NCBI GenBank assembly: GCA_032124015.1
Contig: JAQBEH010000020.1
Span: forward strand, 8,965 to 72,964
Length of the DNA: 64,000 nucleotides
DNA from: Acidobacteriota bacterium
GTDB lineage: Bacteria > Acidobacteriota > Polarisedimenticolia > Polarisedimenticolales > DASRJG01
Reading direction: 5' to 3'
A program made the translations under genes and the position numbers. The notes under the pieces were generated by a model. The model worked only from the letters and a program-made list of their open reading frames with translations, had not been told where the DNA came from and ran no database searches. Positions 18,722-28,042 of this stretch are shown in pieces. Numbering within the stretch: the stretch's first letter is position 1; every line of letters starts with the position of its first letter.

Positions 18722-19698
18722 TGGGAACCGTTCTCGTCCTGCTCGAGCGCCGTGGTTCCGAATTGAAGGCGGCGAGTCTCCAGGCGCTGTCGACGGCGCG
18801 ACGCCTCGCCGATGAGACAGGGGATGCCGTCGCCGGGCTCGCCTTCGGCGCGGGCGCGGCCACGGTCTCCGAACTCGCGGGGGTGCATGGGGCGGATCGA
18901 CTGTTTGCGGTCGATGATGCGTCGGTTGACCTCTACGTTCCCGAGGTCTATGCAGCAACCCTGACCGACGTGGCGAAACAGTGCGCCGCCGACACGATTA
19001 TCGTCGCCGGCACGAGCCTCGGCCGAGACGTTGCCGCCCGCGCCTGCGCACGCTTGGGAACCGGGCTGCTGTCCGACGTCGTCGAGATCGAGCGCACGGC
19101 GGGGGGCAGGTTGCGGGGGAAGCGCCCGGTCTACTCGGGAAAAGCTTACGCCTGGGCTTCCGTGCCGGACGCGCGGCCGTCGATGGCCACCCTGCGTCCG
19201 AACGTGTTTCCTGCCGAGGCCTTCGGCGCGCGGGGGGTCGAGGTCGTTGCGATTGCCCCGGCTTCCGTCCCGCAGCGCGCGCGGGTGGTCCGGTTGACGA
19301 TCCCCGCGGCCCAAGAGCAAGACGTCGCCGAGGCCGCCATCGTCGTCAGCGGCGGTCGCGGCCTGAAGGGCCCCGAGCACTTCGGACTGATCCGTGACCT
19401 GGCGGCCGCCCTGGGCGGCGCGGTCGGGGCGTCGCGAGCGGTCGTCGACGCGGGGTGGATCTCCCATGCGCATCAAGTCGGCCAGACGGGCAAGGTGGTC
19501 TCGCCGAGCCTCTACGTCGCGTGCGGCATTTCAGGCGCGATCCAGCACCTCGCCGGGATGTCGTCGTCGAAGGTGATCGTCGCGATCAACAAAGACGCCG
19601 AGGCGCCCATCTTCAAGGTGGCGACCTACGGCATCGTGGGCGACGTCTTTGAGGTTCTACCGAAGCTTACCGAGGCGATCACGAAGCTCCGGGAGTGA
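18721..19698 (+). CDS. etfA: Electron transfer flavoprotein alpha subunit
   Basis: ATG overlaps the etfB stop (ATGA). VVSGGRGL...RAVVDAGW...[29 protein letters not shown]. Confidence 0.9.
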   Translation: MGTVLVLLERRGSELKAASLQALSTARRLADETGDAVAGLAFGAGAATVSELAGVHGADRLFAVDDASVDLYVPEVYAATLTDVAKQCAADTIIVAGTSLGRDVAARACARLGTGLLSDVVEIERTAGGRLRGKRPVYSGKAYAWASVPDARPSMATLRPNVFPAEAFGARGVEVVAIAPASVPQRARVVRLTIPAAQEQDVAEAAIVVSGGRGLKGPEHFGLIRDLAAALGGAVGASRAVVDAGWISHAHQVGQTGKVVSPSLYVACGISGAIQHLAGMSSSKVIVAINKDAEAPIFKVATYGIVGDVFEVLPKLTEAITKLRE

Positions 19699-19701
19699 CG
19701 G

Positions 19702-20775
19702 TCAGACTTCATCAAAGAAGTACGGCCTCAGGCATTGGATCCTCTTTTCGTACTCCGCGGGATAGAGGAACCAGGTCGCGGCGGCGACCGACGAGAGCAA
19801 CGAGTTTCCGTCTTGGGGCGTAAAGCAGTAACCCACGATTTCCGTTCCGTCGCGCACCGCCACGGTCGGCCACGCCACAACCGTCACGTTCAAGATGCGT
19901 CCGAAGTGGCCGTAGTCGCGGCCGAACGAGAACACCGTGTTCGCCGAACTCTTGTACGTAATCGCCATCCGGTCGTTCTTCTTGACGTGTTCCAGCAGCT
20001 GCGCCGTGGTCGTTGGGTTCTTGACCCGGATGTCGAAGAAGATCATGTGCATGTACTGCGTGTTCAGCACGACGGCGGACGAGAACAGATTCATGTCGTG
20101 GCCCATCGTGTTGAACAGCGCCCACGCGTCGCGGGCGTGGTGCGTGCCGAAGCGCGGGTCCTTGTGCCTGCCGACTTCCGGTGAGGCCACGAAGCTGTCG
20201 TCTTGGGACAGGTCGGAGGCGCGGCGCATGCAGACGAACCGTCCATCGACGAGATTGCCGGGGCCGCCGTCTTGCATCGCGAGGGTGTGGATGAGGATCG
20301 ACAGGTTGTGCGTGTTACAGGAGACGACCTGGATGAACTGGTCTTCCCCGTGTCGTAGCGCGCTGTCGTTGATGCCGCGGGCGTAGGGCTTTCCGAACCC
20401 GAACTCGCTTCCCTGCGCGATGAAGCCGCGCGTGTTGTGGGTAAACTTGCTGTAGAACTCGTTCTTGTTCGCGATTCCGACGCCGGAGGGCGTGCAATCG
20501 ATCACGACCGCCGCGCGCTCGAGCGCTTCCATGGACTCGTAGGCCGGTTCCATGCCGAGGTCGCGGAACCCCTTGGCCGCCGCCGAGTCGACGCAGAGTT
20601 TCGCGCCGCGCTTGATCAGGTTCACGACCTTCGATCGATCGTGAAGGAGCGGCGTTCGCTTGTGGAACGTCACTTCTTCGATCCCGAGCGGTCCCTTCAT
20701 CAGGGTGAGGAGCCCGATCAGGGGTTCCCCGATGGTTCCCGTGCCAATGACGTGGACGATTGATTTATCAGCCAT
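19702..20775 (-). CDS. Type II (archaeal-type) glyceraldehyde-3-phosphate dehydrogenase-like NAD(P) oxidoreductase
   Basis: HVIGTGTIGEPL (Rossmann); VIDCTPSGVGIANKNEFY; QVVSCNTHNL (catalytic Cys context SCNT as in archaeal GAPDH); THHARD; VVLNTQYMHM. ATG 20775 is preceded by GGAGAG; ATG 20787 is an alternative. Confidence 0.6.
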   Translation of the reverse strand: MADKSIVHVIGTGTIGEPLIGLLTLMKGPLGIEEVTFHKRTPLLHDRSKVVNLIKRGAKLCVDSAAAKGFRDLGMEPAYESMEALERAAVVIDCTPSGVGIANKNEFYSKFTHNTRGFIAQGSEFGFGKPYARGINDSALRHGEDQFIQVVSCNTHNLSILIHTLAMQDGGPGNLVDGRFVCMRRASDLSQDDSFVASPEVGRHKDPRFGTHHARDAWALFNTMGHDMNLFSSAVVLNTQYMHMIFFDIRVKNPTTTAQLLEHVKKNDRMAITYKSSANTVFSFGRDYGHFGRILNVTVVAWPTVAVRDGTEIVGYCFTPQDGNSLLSSVAAATWFLYPAEYEKRIQCLRPYFFDEV

Positions 20776-20863
20776 GGCGCTCTCCATGAGGAGGGTGGCG
20801 GCGGACTATGCCACCGGGCTGCCGGGGGCGTCAAGCGCTTGCAGAGGACCGAGCGGGTCTGCC

Positions 20864-20872
20864 TGCTAGAAT
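20864..20872 (+). promoter_or_regulatory. Extended -10 promoter candidate for the hprK operon
   Basis: TGcTAGAAT (TG 20864-20865, TAGAAT 20867-20872). No good -35 at 17 nt. Confidence 0.35.
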
Positions 20873-20911
20873 CCGGGGAGCGCGTGGGTGCGCCATCCGG
20901 AGTCTTCACAC

Positions 20912-21928
20912 ATGGGCGATCACGACAAGAGCACGATTCCCTCTTTGAGCGTCGGCGAGCTTCTCACCGACGACGACGCGGCCTCGCTGGGTCTTGTGCT
21001 GCTGTCGGGCGGAGACGGAATCGCCAACGCCGTCAATCGTCCTCGGATCCAGAAGCCGGGACTCGCGCTGGCGGGTTTCCTCGAGTACATCCACCCCGGA
21101 CGCATCCAGGTGCTCGGCAAGTCCGAAACGAGTTTCTTGACCGAGCGCGCTCCGGCCGAGCGATCGCGCATCGTCTCGCAGCTGTGCCGGCAGGGCGTGA
21201 GTTGTTTCGTGCTGACGACGGGGCTCGAGCCGCCGGAGGAGCTCTTGGACGAGACGGAGCGCCAGGGTGTGCCGCTCCTTCGCACCGAGCTGTCCTCCTC
21301 GACGACGATCGAGCGTCTGACGCGCTATCTCGAGGACAGGTTGGCTCCGCGGTCGGTGGTTCACGGCGTGCTGCTCGATGTCTACGGGCTCGGCGTGCTC
21401 TTGATCGGAGACAGCGGCGTCGGGAAGAGCGAGTGCGCGATCGACCTCGTCATGCGCGGGCACCGGCTCGTGTCGGACGACATCGTGGAGATCAAGAGGC
21501 TCGGCGACACGCTCGTGGGCACCGGTCCCGAGCTGACGCGCTATCACATGGAACTGCGCGGCGTCGGCATCATCAACGTCAAAGACCTATTCGGCGTCGC
21601 CTCGGTGCGGCTCAGGAAATTCGTCGAATTCGTACTCAAGCTCGACCCGTGGAAACCGGGGAAAAAGTACGACAGGCTCGGGCTCGACGACAACGCATAC
21701 GAGATCCTCGGCATCACGCTCCCGTACGTCGAGATGCCGGTGGGGCCGGGCCGCAACCTCTCGGTGCTCATCGAAGTCGCGGCGCGCAACCACCTGTTGA
21801 AGCTCAAGGGCTATCACCCGGCGCGCGAACTGGCCCGCAGGCTCGGTGAGCGCATGAAACCCACGGACGACGACGATGCATCCGGACCCCTCGGTGACCG
21901 TGAGCCGGGTGACGGAGAAGCACGATGA
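20912..21928 (+). CDS. hprK: HPr kinase/phosphorylase
   Basis: HGVLLDVYGLGVLLIGDSGVGKSECAIDLVMRGHRLVSDDIVEI; YHMELRGVGIINV. ATG 20912 follows GGAG; GTG 20888 is an alternative. Confidence 0.9.
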   Translation: MGDHDKSTIPSLSVGELLTDDDAASLGLVLLSGGDGIANAVNRPRIQKPGLALAGFLEYIHPGRIQVLGKSETSFLTERAPAERSRIVSQLCRQGVSCFVLTTGLEPPEELLDETERQGVPLLRTELSSSTTIERLTRYLEDRLAPRSVVHGVLLDVYGLGVLLIGDSGVGKSECAIDLVMRGHRLVSDDIVEIKRLGDTLVGTGPELTRYHMELRGVGIINVKDLFGVASVRLRKFVEFVLKLDPWKPGKKYDRLGLDDNAYEILGITLPYVEMPVGPGRNLSVLIEVAARNHLLKLKGYHPARELARRLGERMKPTDDDDASGPLGDREPGDGEAR

Positions 21929-22791
21929 TGGAGCGTCTCGTCGTCATCACGGGGCTCTCGGGCTCGGGGAAGTCACTCGCCGCGCGCGGCCTCGAGGATA
22001 TGACTTTCTTTTGCGTCGACAATCTCCCGGTCAACCTGATCTTCCAGTTTTACGAGCTGCTGCAGCGCACCGCCGGCTCCATCCCGCGCGGAGCGATCGT
22101 CGTGGACGCCCGCGAGCGCGAGTTCCTCGCGGGGTTTCCCGAGACGCTCGACGCGTTGAAGGCGGCCGGTGCACCGGTTACCTTGTTGTTTTTCGAGTGC
22201 ACCGACGAGATTCTGAAACGCCGCTTCAGCGAATCGCGGCGTCCGCATCCGATGCAGGATCCCGGCGGCTCGCTCGAGAAGGCGATTCAGGACGAACGCG
22301 CGATCCTGGCTCCTCTTCGCAATGTCGCGGACCGGATCATCGACACCAGCCAGTTCAACGCTCACGAGTTGCGATCGTTCCTGAAGGCCGCGTTCGCGAC
22401 GCACCACGAGGCGACGTCCCTCAACGTCCACATCGTATCGTTCGGCTTCAAATACGGTGTGCCGGCCGAGGCCGATCTCGTCTTCGACGTCCGGTTCATT
22501 CCGAACCCGTACTTCGTCGACGGACTCAGGGCGTTGGACGGCAGGCACGAAAAGGTCCGGGCGTTCCTGGACGGGCGCCCGGAGGCCAAGGAGTTCGTCT
22601 CCCGCCTCGAGGAACTTCTCGACTTCCTGATCCCGCACTACGTTTCGGAGGGGAAAAGCTACCTGACGATCACGATCGGCTGTACCGGAGGCAAGCACCG
22701 CTCCGTGGCGCTGGCGGAAGGCGTCAGGGAACATTTCGTCGAGAACGGCGTGCCGGTGTCGGTCACGCACCGGGATCTCGGGAAGGAGTGA
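21925..22791 (+). CDS. rapZ: RNase adapter protein RapZ (YvcJ/YhbJ P-loop ATPase)
   Basis: VVITGLSGSGKSLAARGLEDMTFFCVDNLP; DVRFIPNPYF; TIGCTGGKHRSVA. ATG overlaps the hprK stop. Confidence 0.9.
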   Translation: MMERLVVITGLSGSGKSLAARGLEDMTFFCVDNLPVNLIFQFYELLQRTAGSIPRGAIVVDAREREFLAGFPETLDALKAAGAPVTLLFFECTDEILKRRFSESRRPHPMQDPGGSLEKAIQDERAILAPLRNVADRIIDTSQFNAHELRSFLKAAFATHHEATSLNVHIVSFGFKYGVPAEADLVFDVRFIPNPYFVDGLRALDGRHEKVRAFLDGRPEAKEFVSRLEELLDFLIPHYVSEGKSYLTITIGCTGGKHRSVALAEGVREHFVENGVPVSVTHRDLGKE

Positions 22792-22796
22792 CACGG

Positions 22797-23237
22797 ATGA
22801 AGCAAGGCGCCCCCGGACTGCTCATCGTCACGCACGGACGTCTTGCCGACGAGCTTGAACAAGCCGCCCGCCGCATCGTCGGGGACGTTTCCAAGCTCGC
22901 GGCCGTCTCGCTCGGCTGGGACGACGACGTCGCGGACGCGAGGCGGCGGATCGAGGAAGGGATCAGTCGTGTCGCCGTCGACGGGCGGGTCTTGATCCTG
23001 ACCGACATGTTCGGGGGGACGCCGTCCAACGTCGCCCTGTCGCTCCTGGAACCCGGGCGCATCGACATCGTGACCGGCGTCAATCTCCCCATGCTGATCA
23101 AATTCGCCAACCTGCACGTCCTCGACGGGTTCGACGAAACGGTCCGACGGATCGCGCAGCAGGGACGAGACGCCATTCAGGTCGCCTCCGAGGTCTTGGA
23201 AAAGCGGGCCGGTCCTGAGGACGCTTCCAGTCGATGA
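22797..23237 (+). CDS. PTS EIIA component, mannose/fructose family
   Basis: LLIVTHGRLADEL (phosphorylatable His context); LTDMFGGTPSNVA; VTGVNLPMLI. Confidence 0.8.
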   Translation: MKQGAPGLLIVTHGRLADELEQAARRIVGDVSKLAAVSLGWDDDVADARRRIEEGISRVAVDGRVLILTDMFGGTPSNVALSLLEPGRIDIVTGVNLPMLIKFANLHVLDGFDETVRRIAQQGRDAIQVASEVLEKRAGPEDASSR

Positions 23238-23503
23238 ACGAGCTCGACGTCACGATCGTCAACCGCCTGGGCCTGCATGCGCGGGCGGCGGCGAAATTCG
23301 TGCACTTGGCCGGCGCGTTCGTCTCCCGCGTGACCGTGTCCCGGGAGGGCACGAGGGTCGACGGAAAGTCGATTCTCGGGCTCTTGACGCTCGCCGCCTC
23401 GAAGGGGACCAAGCTCCACCTCTCGATCCAAGGAGAAGACGAGGTCGAGGCGGGTGCGCAGCTTGCCGGACTCATCCGCTCGCGCTTCGGAGAGGAGGCG
23501 TAG
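23234..23503 (+). CDS. ptsH: Phosphocarrier protein HPr
   Basis: VNRLGLHARAA places His at position 15. DGKSILGLL places Ser at position 46. ATG overlaps the upstream stop (ATGA). Confidence 0.9.
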   Translation: MNELDVTIVNRLGLHARAAAKFVHLAGAFVSRVTVSREGTRVDGKSILGLLTLAASKGTKLHLSIQGEDEVEAGAQLAGLIRSRFGEEA

Positions 23504-25182
23504 TGGTTCAGGTCTTTCGCGGGCTGGGCGTTTCCCCCGGCGTCGCGTTGGGCCGGGCCCTCCCATGGCAACCTGTGGCCACCGGTGTGCCGCGGCGCGA
23601 CGTTTCCCTGGGGTCGACCCCATCCGCCGAGATCGAACGCTTCGAATCCGCCCGCGGAAACGCGCGCGCCGAGTTGCGCGGCCTGAAGGCCCGTTTGATG
23701 ACCACCCTGGGTGAGAGCTACGCCGCCATCCTCGATGCGCAAACGATGCTCGTGGACGACCCCGCGCTCGTCGCCGAGGTCGAACACCGCGTTCGCGCGG
23801 AGGGCGTATCGGCCGTCTTCGCCGTCCACGCGACGATCGACGGGTACCTGGCGCGATTCGAGAGCATCGAAGACCGTTACCTAAGGGACCGCGCCGGCGA
23901 TTTGCGGGATCTGCAGCGACGGCTGGTGAGATTGCTCGAGCCCGTTCCGGGAACGGACGCCCCGCCACCCGACGGCCCCATCGTCGTCGTCGCTTCCGCG
24001 ATCGGCCCCTCCGACACGGTGGCCCTGGCTCGGGATGGCGTCGTCGCACTCGTCGCCGATCTCGGCGGGCCGACGAGCCACACCGCGATCCTGGCGCAGG
24101 CGTTTGGCCTTCCCGCGGTCATCGGCCTGGGGGACGCCGCGCGGAGCGTCCGCGCGGGCGCCCTCGTCGTCGTCGACGGCGATCGGGGGGAGGTCGTCGT
24201 CGATCCCGACCCGGAGCGCCTCAGCGACGCCAAAACGCAACACGATCTCTGGGTGTCGCGCGAGGACGCGTGGGCCGCGATGCGGGACCTCCCGGCGGTC
24301 ACGAAGGACGGCGTCGAGATCGTCTTGCGGGCCAACATCGAGTTCCCGGACGAAGCGGCCGTGGCGATACGGTTCGGTGCGCGCGGGATCGGGCTGTACC
24401 GCTCCGAGTTTCTCTTCGTAGACCGCGCGCCGCGACTTCCGGACGAAGACGATCACTACCGGACCTACCGCGATCTCGCCCTGCGGGTGGCTCCGCATCC
24501 GGTGGTCGTCCGCACGCTCGACCTCGGCGGCGAAAAGTACTTCCACGAGGTGCTCGAGCGCAGCGAGCCGAATCCCGTTTTGGGTTTGCGGGGCCTACGG
24601 CTGTGCCTCAAGCGGCCGGAGATCTTCGTGCCGCAGTTGCGAGCGCTGCTTCGCGCCGCGGCTCACGCCAACCTCCGCGTTCTTCTCCCGCTCGTGACCT
24701 CCGTCGACGAGGTGCGGGAGGTGCGCCGGATCATCGCCCGCGAGGCGGCGTCGCTGCGAGCGGCGGGCGTGCTCTGCCGCGCCGACGTACCCTTGGGCGC
24801 GATGATCGAAACACCGGCCGCCGCGATGACCGCCGACCTCCTGGCCCGGGAGGTCGATTTCATGAGCCTGGGAACGAACGATCTCATCCAGTACACCTTG
24901 GCTGTCGATCGCAGTAATCCCTCGGTGGCGGCGCTCTACGAGCCGCTGCATCCGGCGGTGCTGCGTATGCTGCGCTTCGTCGTGCGCGCGGGGCGCGCCT
25001 GCGATCGCCCGGTCTCCCTGTGCGGCGAGATGGCGGCAAGTCCCGAGTTGGTCCCCACCCTCTTGGGCCTGGGGCTTCGCGAGTTATCGTGCCCGCCCCG
25101 CGCGGTACCCCGCGTGCGCGAGGCGATCCGGGCCACCGAAATCGCTCGCGCCGCGCGCGAGATTGAGGAGAAACCGGCATGA
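23503..25182 (+). CDS. ptsI: Phosphoenolpyruvate-protein phosphotransferase (PTS Enzyme I)
   Basis: LGGPTSHTAILAQAFGLPAV (phospho-His); GIGLYRSEFLF; RTLDLGGEKY; SLGTNDLIQYTLAVDR; LCGEMAA. Confidence 0.9.
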   Translation: MVQVFRGLGVSPGVALGRALPWQPVATGVPRRDVSLGSTPSAEIERFESARGNARAELRGLKARLMTTLGESYAAILDAQTMLVDDPALVAEVEHRVRAEGVSAVFAVHATIDGYLARFESIEDRYLRDRAGDLRDLQRRLVRLLEPVPGTDAPPPDGPIVVVASAIGPSDTVALARDGVVALVADLGGPTSHTAILAQAFGLPAVIGLGDAARSVRAGALVVVDGDRGEVVVDPDPERLSDAKTQHDLWVSREDAWAAMRDLPAVTKDGVEIVLRANIEFPDEAAVAIRFGARGIGLYRSEFLFVDRAPRLPDEDDHYRTYRDLALRVAPHPVVVRTLDLGGEKYFHEVLERSEPNPVLGLRGLRLCLKRPEIFVPQLRALLRAAAHANLRVLLPLVTSVDEVREVRRIIAREAASLRAAGVLCRADVPLGAMIETPAAAMTADLLAREVDFMSLGTNDLIQYTLAVDRSNPSVAALYEPLHPAVLRMLRFVVRAGRACDRPVSLCGEMAASPELVPTLLGLGLRELSCPPRAVPRVREAIRATEIARAAREIEEKPA

Positions 25183-25541
25183 GCGTTTCACGAGTCGACA
25201 AACCGTGGGGTTACGAGCTGCGCTTCGTGCGAACTGACCGCTACGCGGGAAAGGCCCTGTTCATCAAGGCCGGCTCGCAGTTAAGCCTCCAGTACCACGA
25301 GAAGAAAGACGAGGCGTTTTACGTTCAGTCCGGCTCGCTCGACCTCGTCCTCGGCCGTGGCGAGGAGCAGACGGTCGTGAGGATGGGGCCGGGGGACTCA
25401 CGGCACATCCCTCCCGGAACCGTGCACCGGTTCCGCGCCGTGACCGACACGCTGCTTTTCGAAGTCTCAACCCCCGAGCTCGAAGACGTCGTGCGGATCG
25501 AGGACGACTACGGCCGCGAAGGGGTCAAAGACGTCTTGTGA
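25179..25541 (+). CDS. Cupin-domain protein (mannose-6-phosphate isomerase type II C-terminal-like)
   Basis: DKPWGYELRF...SLQYHEKKDEAFYVQSG...IPPGTVHRF. ATG overlaps the ptsI stop (ATGA). Confidence 0.7.
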   Translation: MSVSRVDKPWGYELRFVRTDRYAGKALFIKAGSQLSLQYHEKKDEAFYVQSGSLDLVLGRGEEQTVVRMGPGDSRHIPPGTVHRFRAVTDTLLFEVSTPELEDVVRIEDDYGREGVKDVL

Positions 25542-26146
25542 GCCCAAGCCCCGGAGCCCTATACTCCGGCCGGAGCGACGCCATGGAAGAAACGACGACC
25601 GAGATTCCCGAAAAGCTGTTCTACAAGGCGGCCGAGGTGTGTCAGATCACCGACACGCAGCCCTACGTGTTGAGATTCTGGGAGAGCGAGTTCCCGCAGC
25701 TCGCCGGTGAGAAAAACCGTAGCGGTCAGCGCGTCTACCGCCGCGCCGACATCGATCTCGTCTTCCGCATCAAGAAGCTCCTCTACCAGGAGGAGTACAC
25801 GATCGCCGGCGCAAGGAAGGCGATCGACGACGACCGCACGACGATCGTCGAGCCCACGCCCGGAAAGTCGCGCTCGCGTCGCGCGGCGCCTGGAGCCGCC
25901 CCCGCCAAAGAGGCCCAGCCCGTCGAGCCCTCCTCGCTGTTTGGCGAGAGCCGTCCTGAATCTCCCGAAGCGCCCCGAAGCGCCGCCGGCGAAGAGCAAG
26001 AACGCTATCGCGGTCTCTACGAAGAGGCTCTTCTTGCATTGACGGACCTGAAAGGGGAGTTGGCCCGATCCGACGAGCAACTCACAGCCCTGCGCGACCG
26101 CACCCACCGCGTCGCCGCGCGCCTCGAAGCCGCGATCGAGACGTAG
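25538..26146 (+). CDS. MerR-family transcriptional regulator
   Basis: [28 protein letters not shown]...[35 protein letters not shown] 25538 overlaps the cupin stop (GTGA); ATG 25583 is an alternative. Confidence 0.75.
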   Translation: MSPSPGALYSGRSDAMEETTTEIPEKLFYKAAEVCQITDTQPYVLRFWESEFPQLAGEKNRSGQRVYRRADIDLVFRIKKLLYQEEYTIAGARKAIDDDRTTIVEPTPGKSRSRRAAPGAAPAKEAQPVEPSSLFGESRPESPEAPRSAAGEEQERYRGLYEEALLALTDLKGELARSDEQLTALRDRTHRVAARLEAAIET

Positions 26147-26165
26147 GGCGGCCTCCCGGTCCGTA

Positions 26166-26195
26166 TTGACGGTTCTCCGACTCGTCTCCTAAGAT
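26166..26195 (+). promoter_or_regulatory. Promoter candidate for tRNA-Pro(GGG)
   Basis: TTGACG (26166-26171), 18-nt spacer, TAAGAT (26190-26195), about 20 nt upstream of the tRNA 5-prime end. Confidence 0.4.
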
Positions 26196-26215
26196 GCCGC
26201 GGCTTCCGTCCGGGT

Positions 26216-26293
<78 letters not shown>

Positions 26294-26339
26294 CTCAGTT
26301 TTCAGCGTTGACACTTTTCGAAATCGCGACGGGAAGCCG

Positions 26340-27137
26340 ATGGCCAAGCACGCCTCTACACCTGAGCTCCTCGCCCAACTCGCCGAAGCGCGCGAGGAGC
26401 CGGCTCGACTTCGTGAGCGCGTCGCCGTGGCCAGGCCGGGCGTCACCGGCGCAAGACTCGACGCGGAGGTGGCCGCGCTCCGCAAGCTCATCGATGCGCT
26501 TCTCGACGGTTCGAGCTCGATGGCGGCGCAGGGGCCCACGCAGGAAGCCGAACGGACCGAGTGGAATGCCCGAGCACGCGACGACGGCCAGCGGCGCCTC
26601 CTGAAGTTCTGGCGCGAGTACCAAGCATGGAAGGCGAGCGGCGCATCCGCCGTGCCGTTCCCCAGACTCGACGGTCCTGTCCTGCGCGCGCTCGAGCTCT
26701 ACGCCACACTGCGTAGCGAGGATCGCCCTTATGGGCCGACCGTTCACGACGTGGCGGCAGAGATGAGCGTGAGCGTGGAGGCCGTGAAAGCGTATCGGCG
26801 GGAACTTCTGAGGCTCTCCGATTACGACAGCCCGCCGTTGCCGAAAGCGCTCACTGCCGCCAAACGTCCGGTTCGTCACGAACCGTTCAGGGAGAAGCCG
26901 CGCCGCTCGACAGCGTGCGCTCGCGACTTCCTGCGCGCCGTTCACGCCGCCGGGGAGCAGGGTGAAGACCTGTTCGTTGCATTCGCCAGGCTGGCCGGTG
27001 ACGCGTCGGGCCGGTGCGCGTACTGCGGGACGCCGCTTCTCGATCGTTCGACCACCTACGGGTGCACATCGTGCAAGGTCCTGGCTTCCCGAAAACGGCC
27101 TGGGAAGTTGACCCGCCCACCCGGGCGTCCTAAATAA
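26340..27137 (+). CDS. Hypothetical protein with possible HTH and C-terminal Cys4 zinc ribbon
   Basis: ATG 26340 follows GGGAAG. TVHDVAAEMSVSVEAVKAYRRELLRL is HTH-like. The C-terminus has CAYCGTPLLDRSTTYGCTSC followed by a basic tail. No family recognised. Confidence 0.5.
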   Translation: MAKHASTPELLAQLAEAREEPARLRERVAVARPGVTGARLDAEVAALRKLIDALLDGSSSMAAQGPTQEAERTEWNARARDDGQRRLLKFWREYQAWKASGASAVPFPRLDGPVLRALELYATLRSEDRPYGPTVHDVAAEMSVSVEAVKAYRRELLRLSDYDSPPLPKALTAAKRPVRHEPFREKPRRSTACARDFLRAVHAAGEQGEDLFVAFARLAGDASGRCAYCGTPLLDRSTTYGCTSCKVLASRKRPGKLTRPPGRPK

Positions 27138-27495
27138 GGTTGCTGTTCCGCCAGTTCTTTCGACTTGTCGTCATTTTCGCCTGCCGGAAGGCCTTCGGCG
27201 CTAAAAAACGGCCTCCTAGAACGGCCCAGGATCGACGATCGCAAACTGGGCGGGGCTTTTGGACCCCCCTGATTCAACGAAAGCAGGGCGAAAATGAGTC
27301 CTGCGTGAACTCCGTCCTTGCAACCGCCCAGGTGCGTGTTCCTCGACCGGCCGATTCGTTCGGAGTTGGAGAGAGGCGCCCTAGGCGCGCGCCTTGACGG
27401 CTGTGACCATCGTTGAGTCGCGTGGAGTTAACATCACGCAACCCGTTTCGCCGCCAGCAGCGGTCTCACCGCGAGGTCGGCCGTATACTCTCGTT

Positions 27496-27717
27496 ATGTC
27501 GCTCCCAGCGTTGAATCTCGGCGACCTGACCCCAGAAGAGAAGCTCCGCCTGCTTGAAGATGTATGGGACAGTCTTGCCGCGGACCCGAACGCTGTGCCG
27601 CTTGCCGACTGGCAGCGAAGAGAGCTTGATCGGCGACTTGACGAACTCGATCGGGATGGCGCGACCGGGATCCCTTGGGAGCGGGTCGTGAAGGAAATCG
27701 AAGGCCGATTGCGGTGA
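27496..27717 (+). CDS. Addiction-module antitoxin (TIGR02574-like component)
   Basis: LTPEEKLRLLEDVWDSLAADPNAVPLADWQRRELDRRLDELDRDG...WERVVKEI. Its stop overlaps the downstream toxin start. Confidence 0.7.
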   Translation: MSLPALNLGDLTPEEKLRLLEDVWDSLAADPNAVPLADWQRRELDRRLDELDRDGATGIPWERVVKEIEGRLR

Positions 27718-28013
27718 CTGAGGTCGTCCTTCGGCCGGCCGCAGCGGCCGACATCGAGGATGCCTTCCTTTGGTACGAAGCGCAGCGCGCGGGTCTTGGC
27801 TCGGAGTTCCTTCTAGCGTTGCGATCGACGATGGATCTCGTCCTAACTCAACCCGAAGCTTTCCCAGTGCTGCACCGCGATACGCGCCGGGCGCTGGTTC
27901 CGCGACGGTTTCCGTATGCACTCTTTTTTCGCTTCTACGGCGAGACCGTGGTCGTCGTGGCTTGTATGCACGCGAAGCGGCGCCCAGCGCGATGGCGATC
28001 GAGACTTGGCTGA
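27714..28013 (+). CDS. ParE/RelE-family type II toxin
   Basis: GTG overlaps the antitoxin stop (GTGA). AAADIEDAFLWYEAQRAGLGSEFLLALRSTMDLVLTQPEAFPV...FPYALFFRFYGETVVVVACMHAKRRP. Confidence 0.75.
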   Translation: MTEVVLRPAAAADIEDAFLWYEAQRAGLGSEFLLALRSTMDLVLTQPEAFPVLHRDTRRALVPRRFPYALFFRFYGETVVVVACMHAKRRPARWRSRLG

Positions 28014-28042
28014 CAGCTACCATGCGCACCGGAGCTCACATC

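Noticed and set aside
16646-18958. 770-aa minus-strand ORF
   Set aside because: It is antisense to fabF, etfB and etfA, all of which have strong family signatures. Its product is Arg/Pro/Gly-rich and low complexity.
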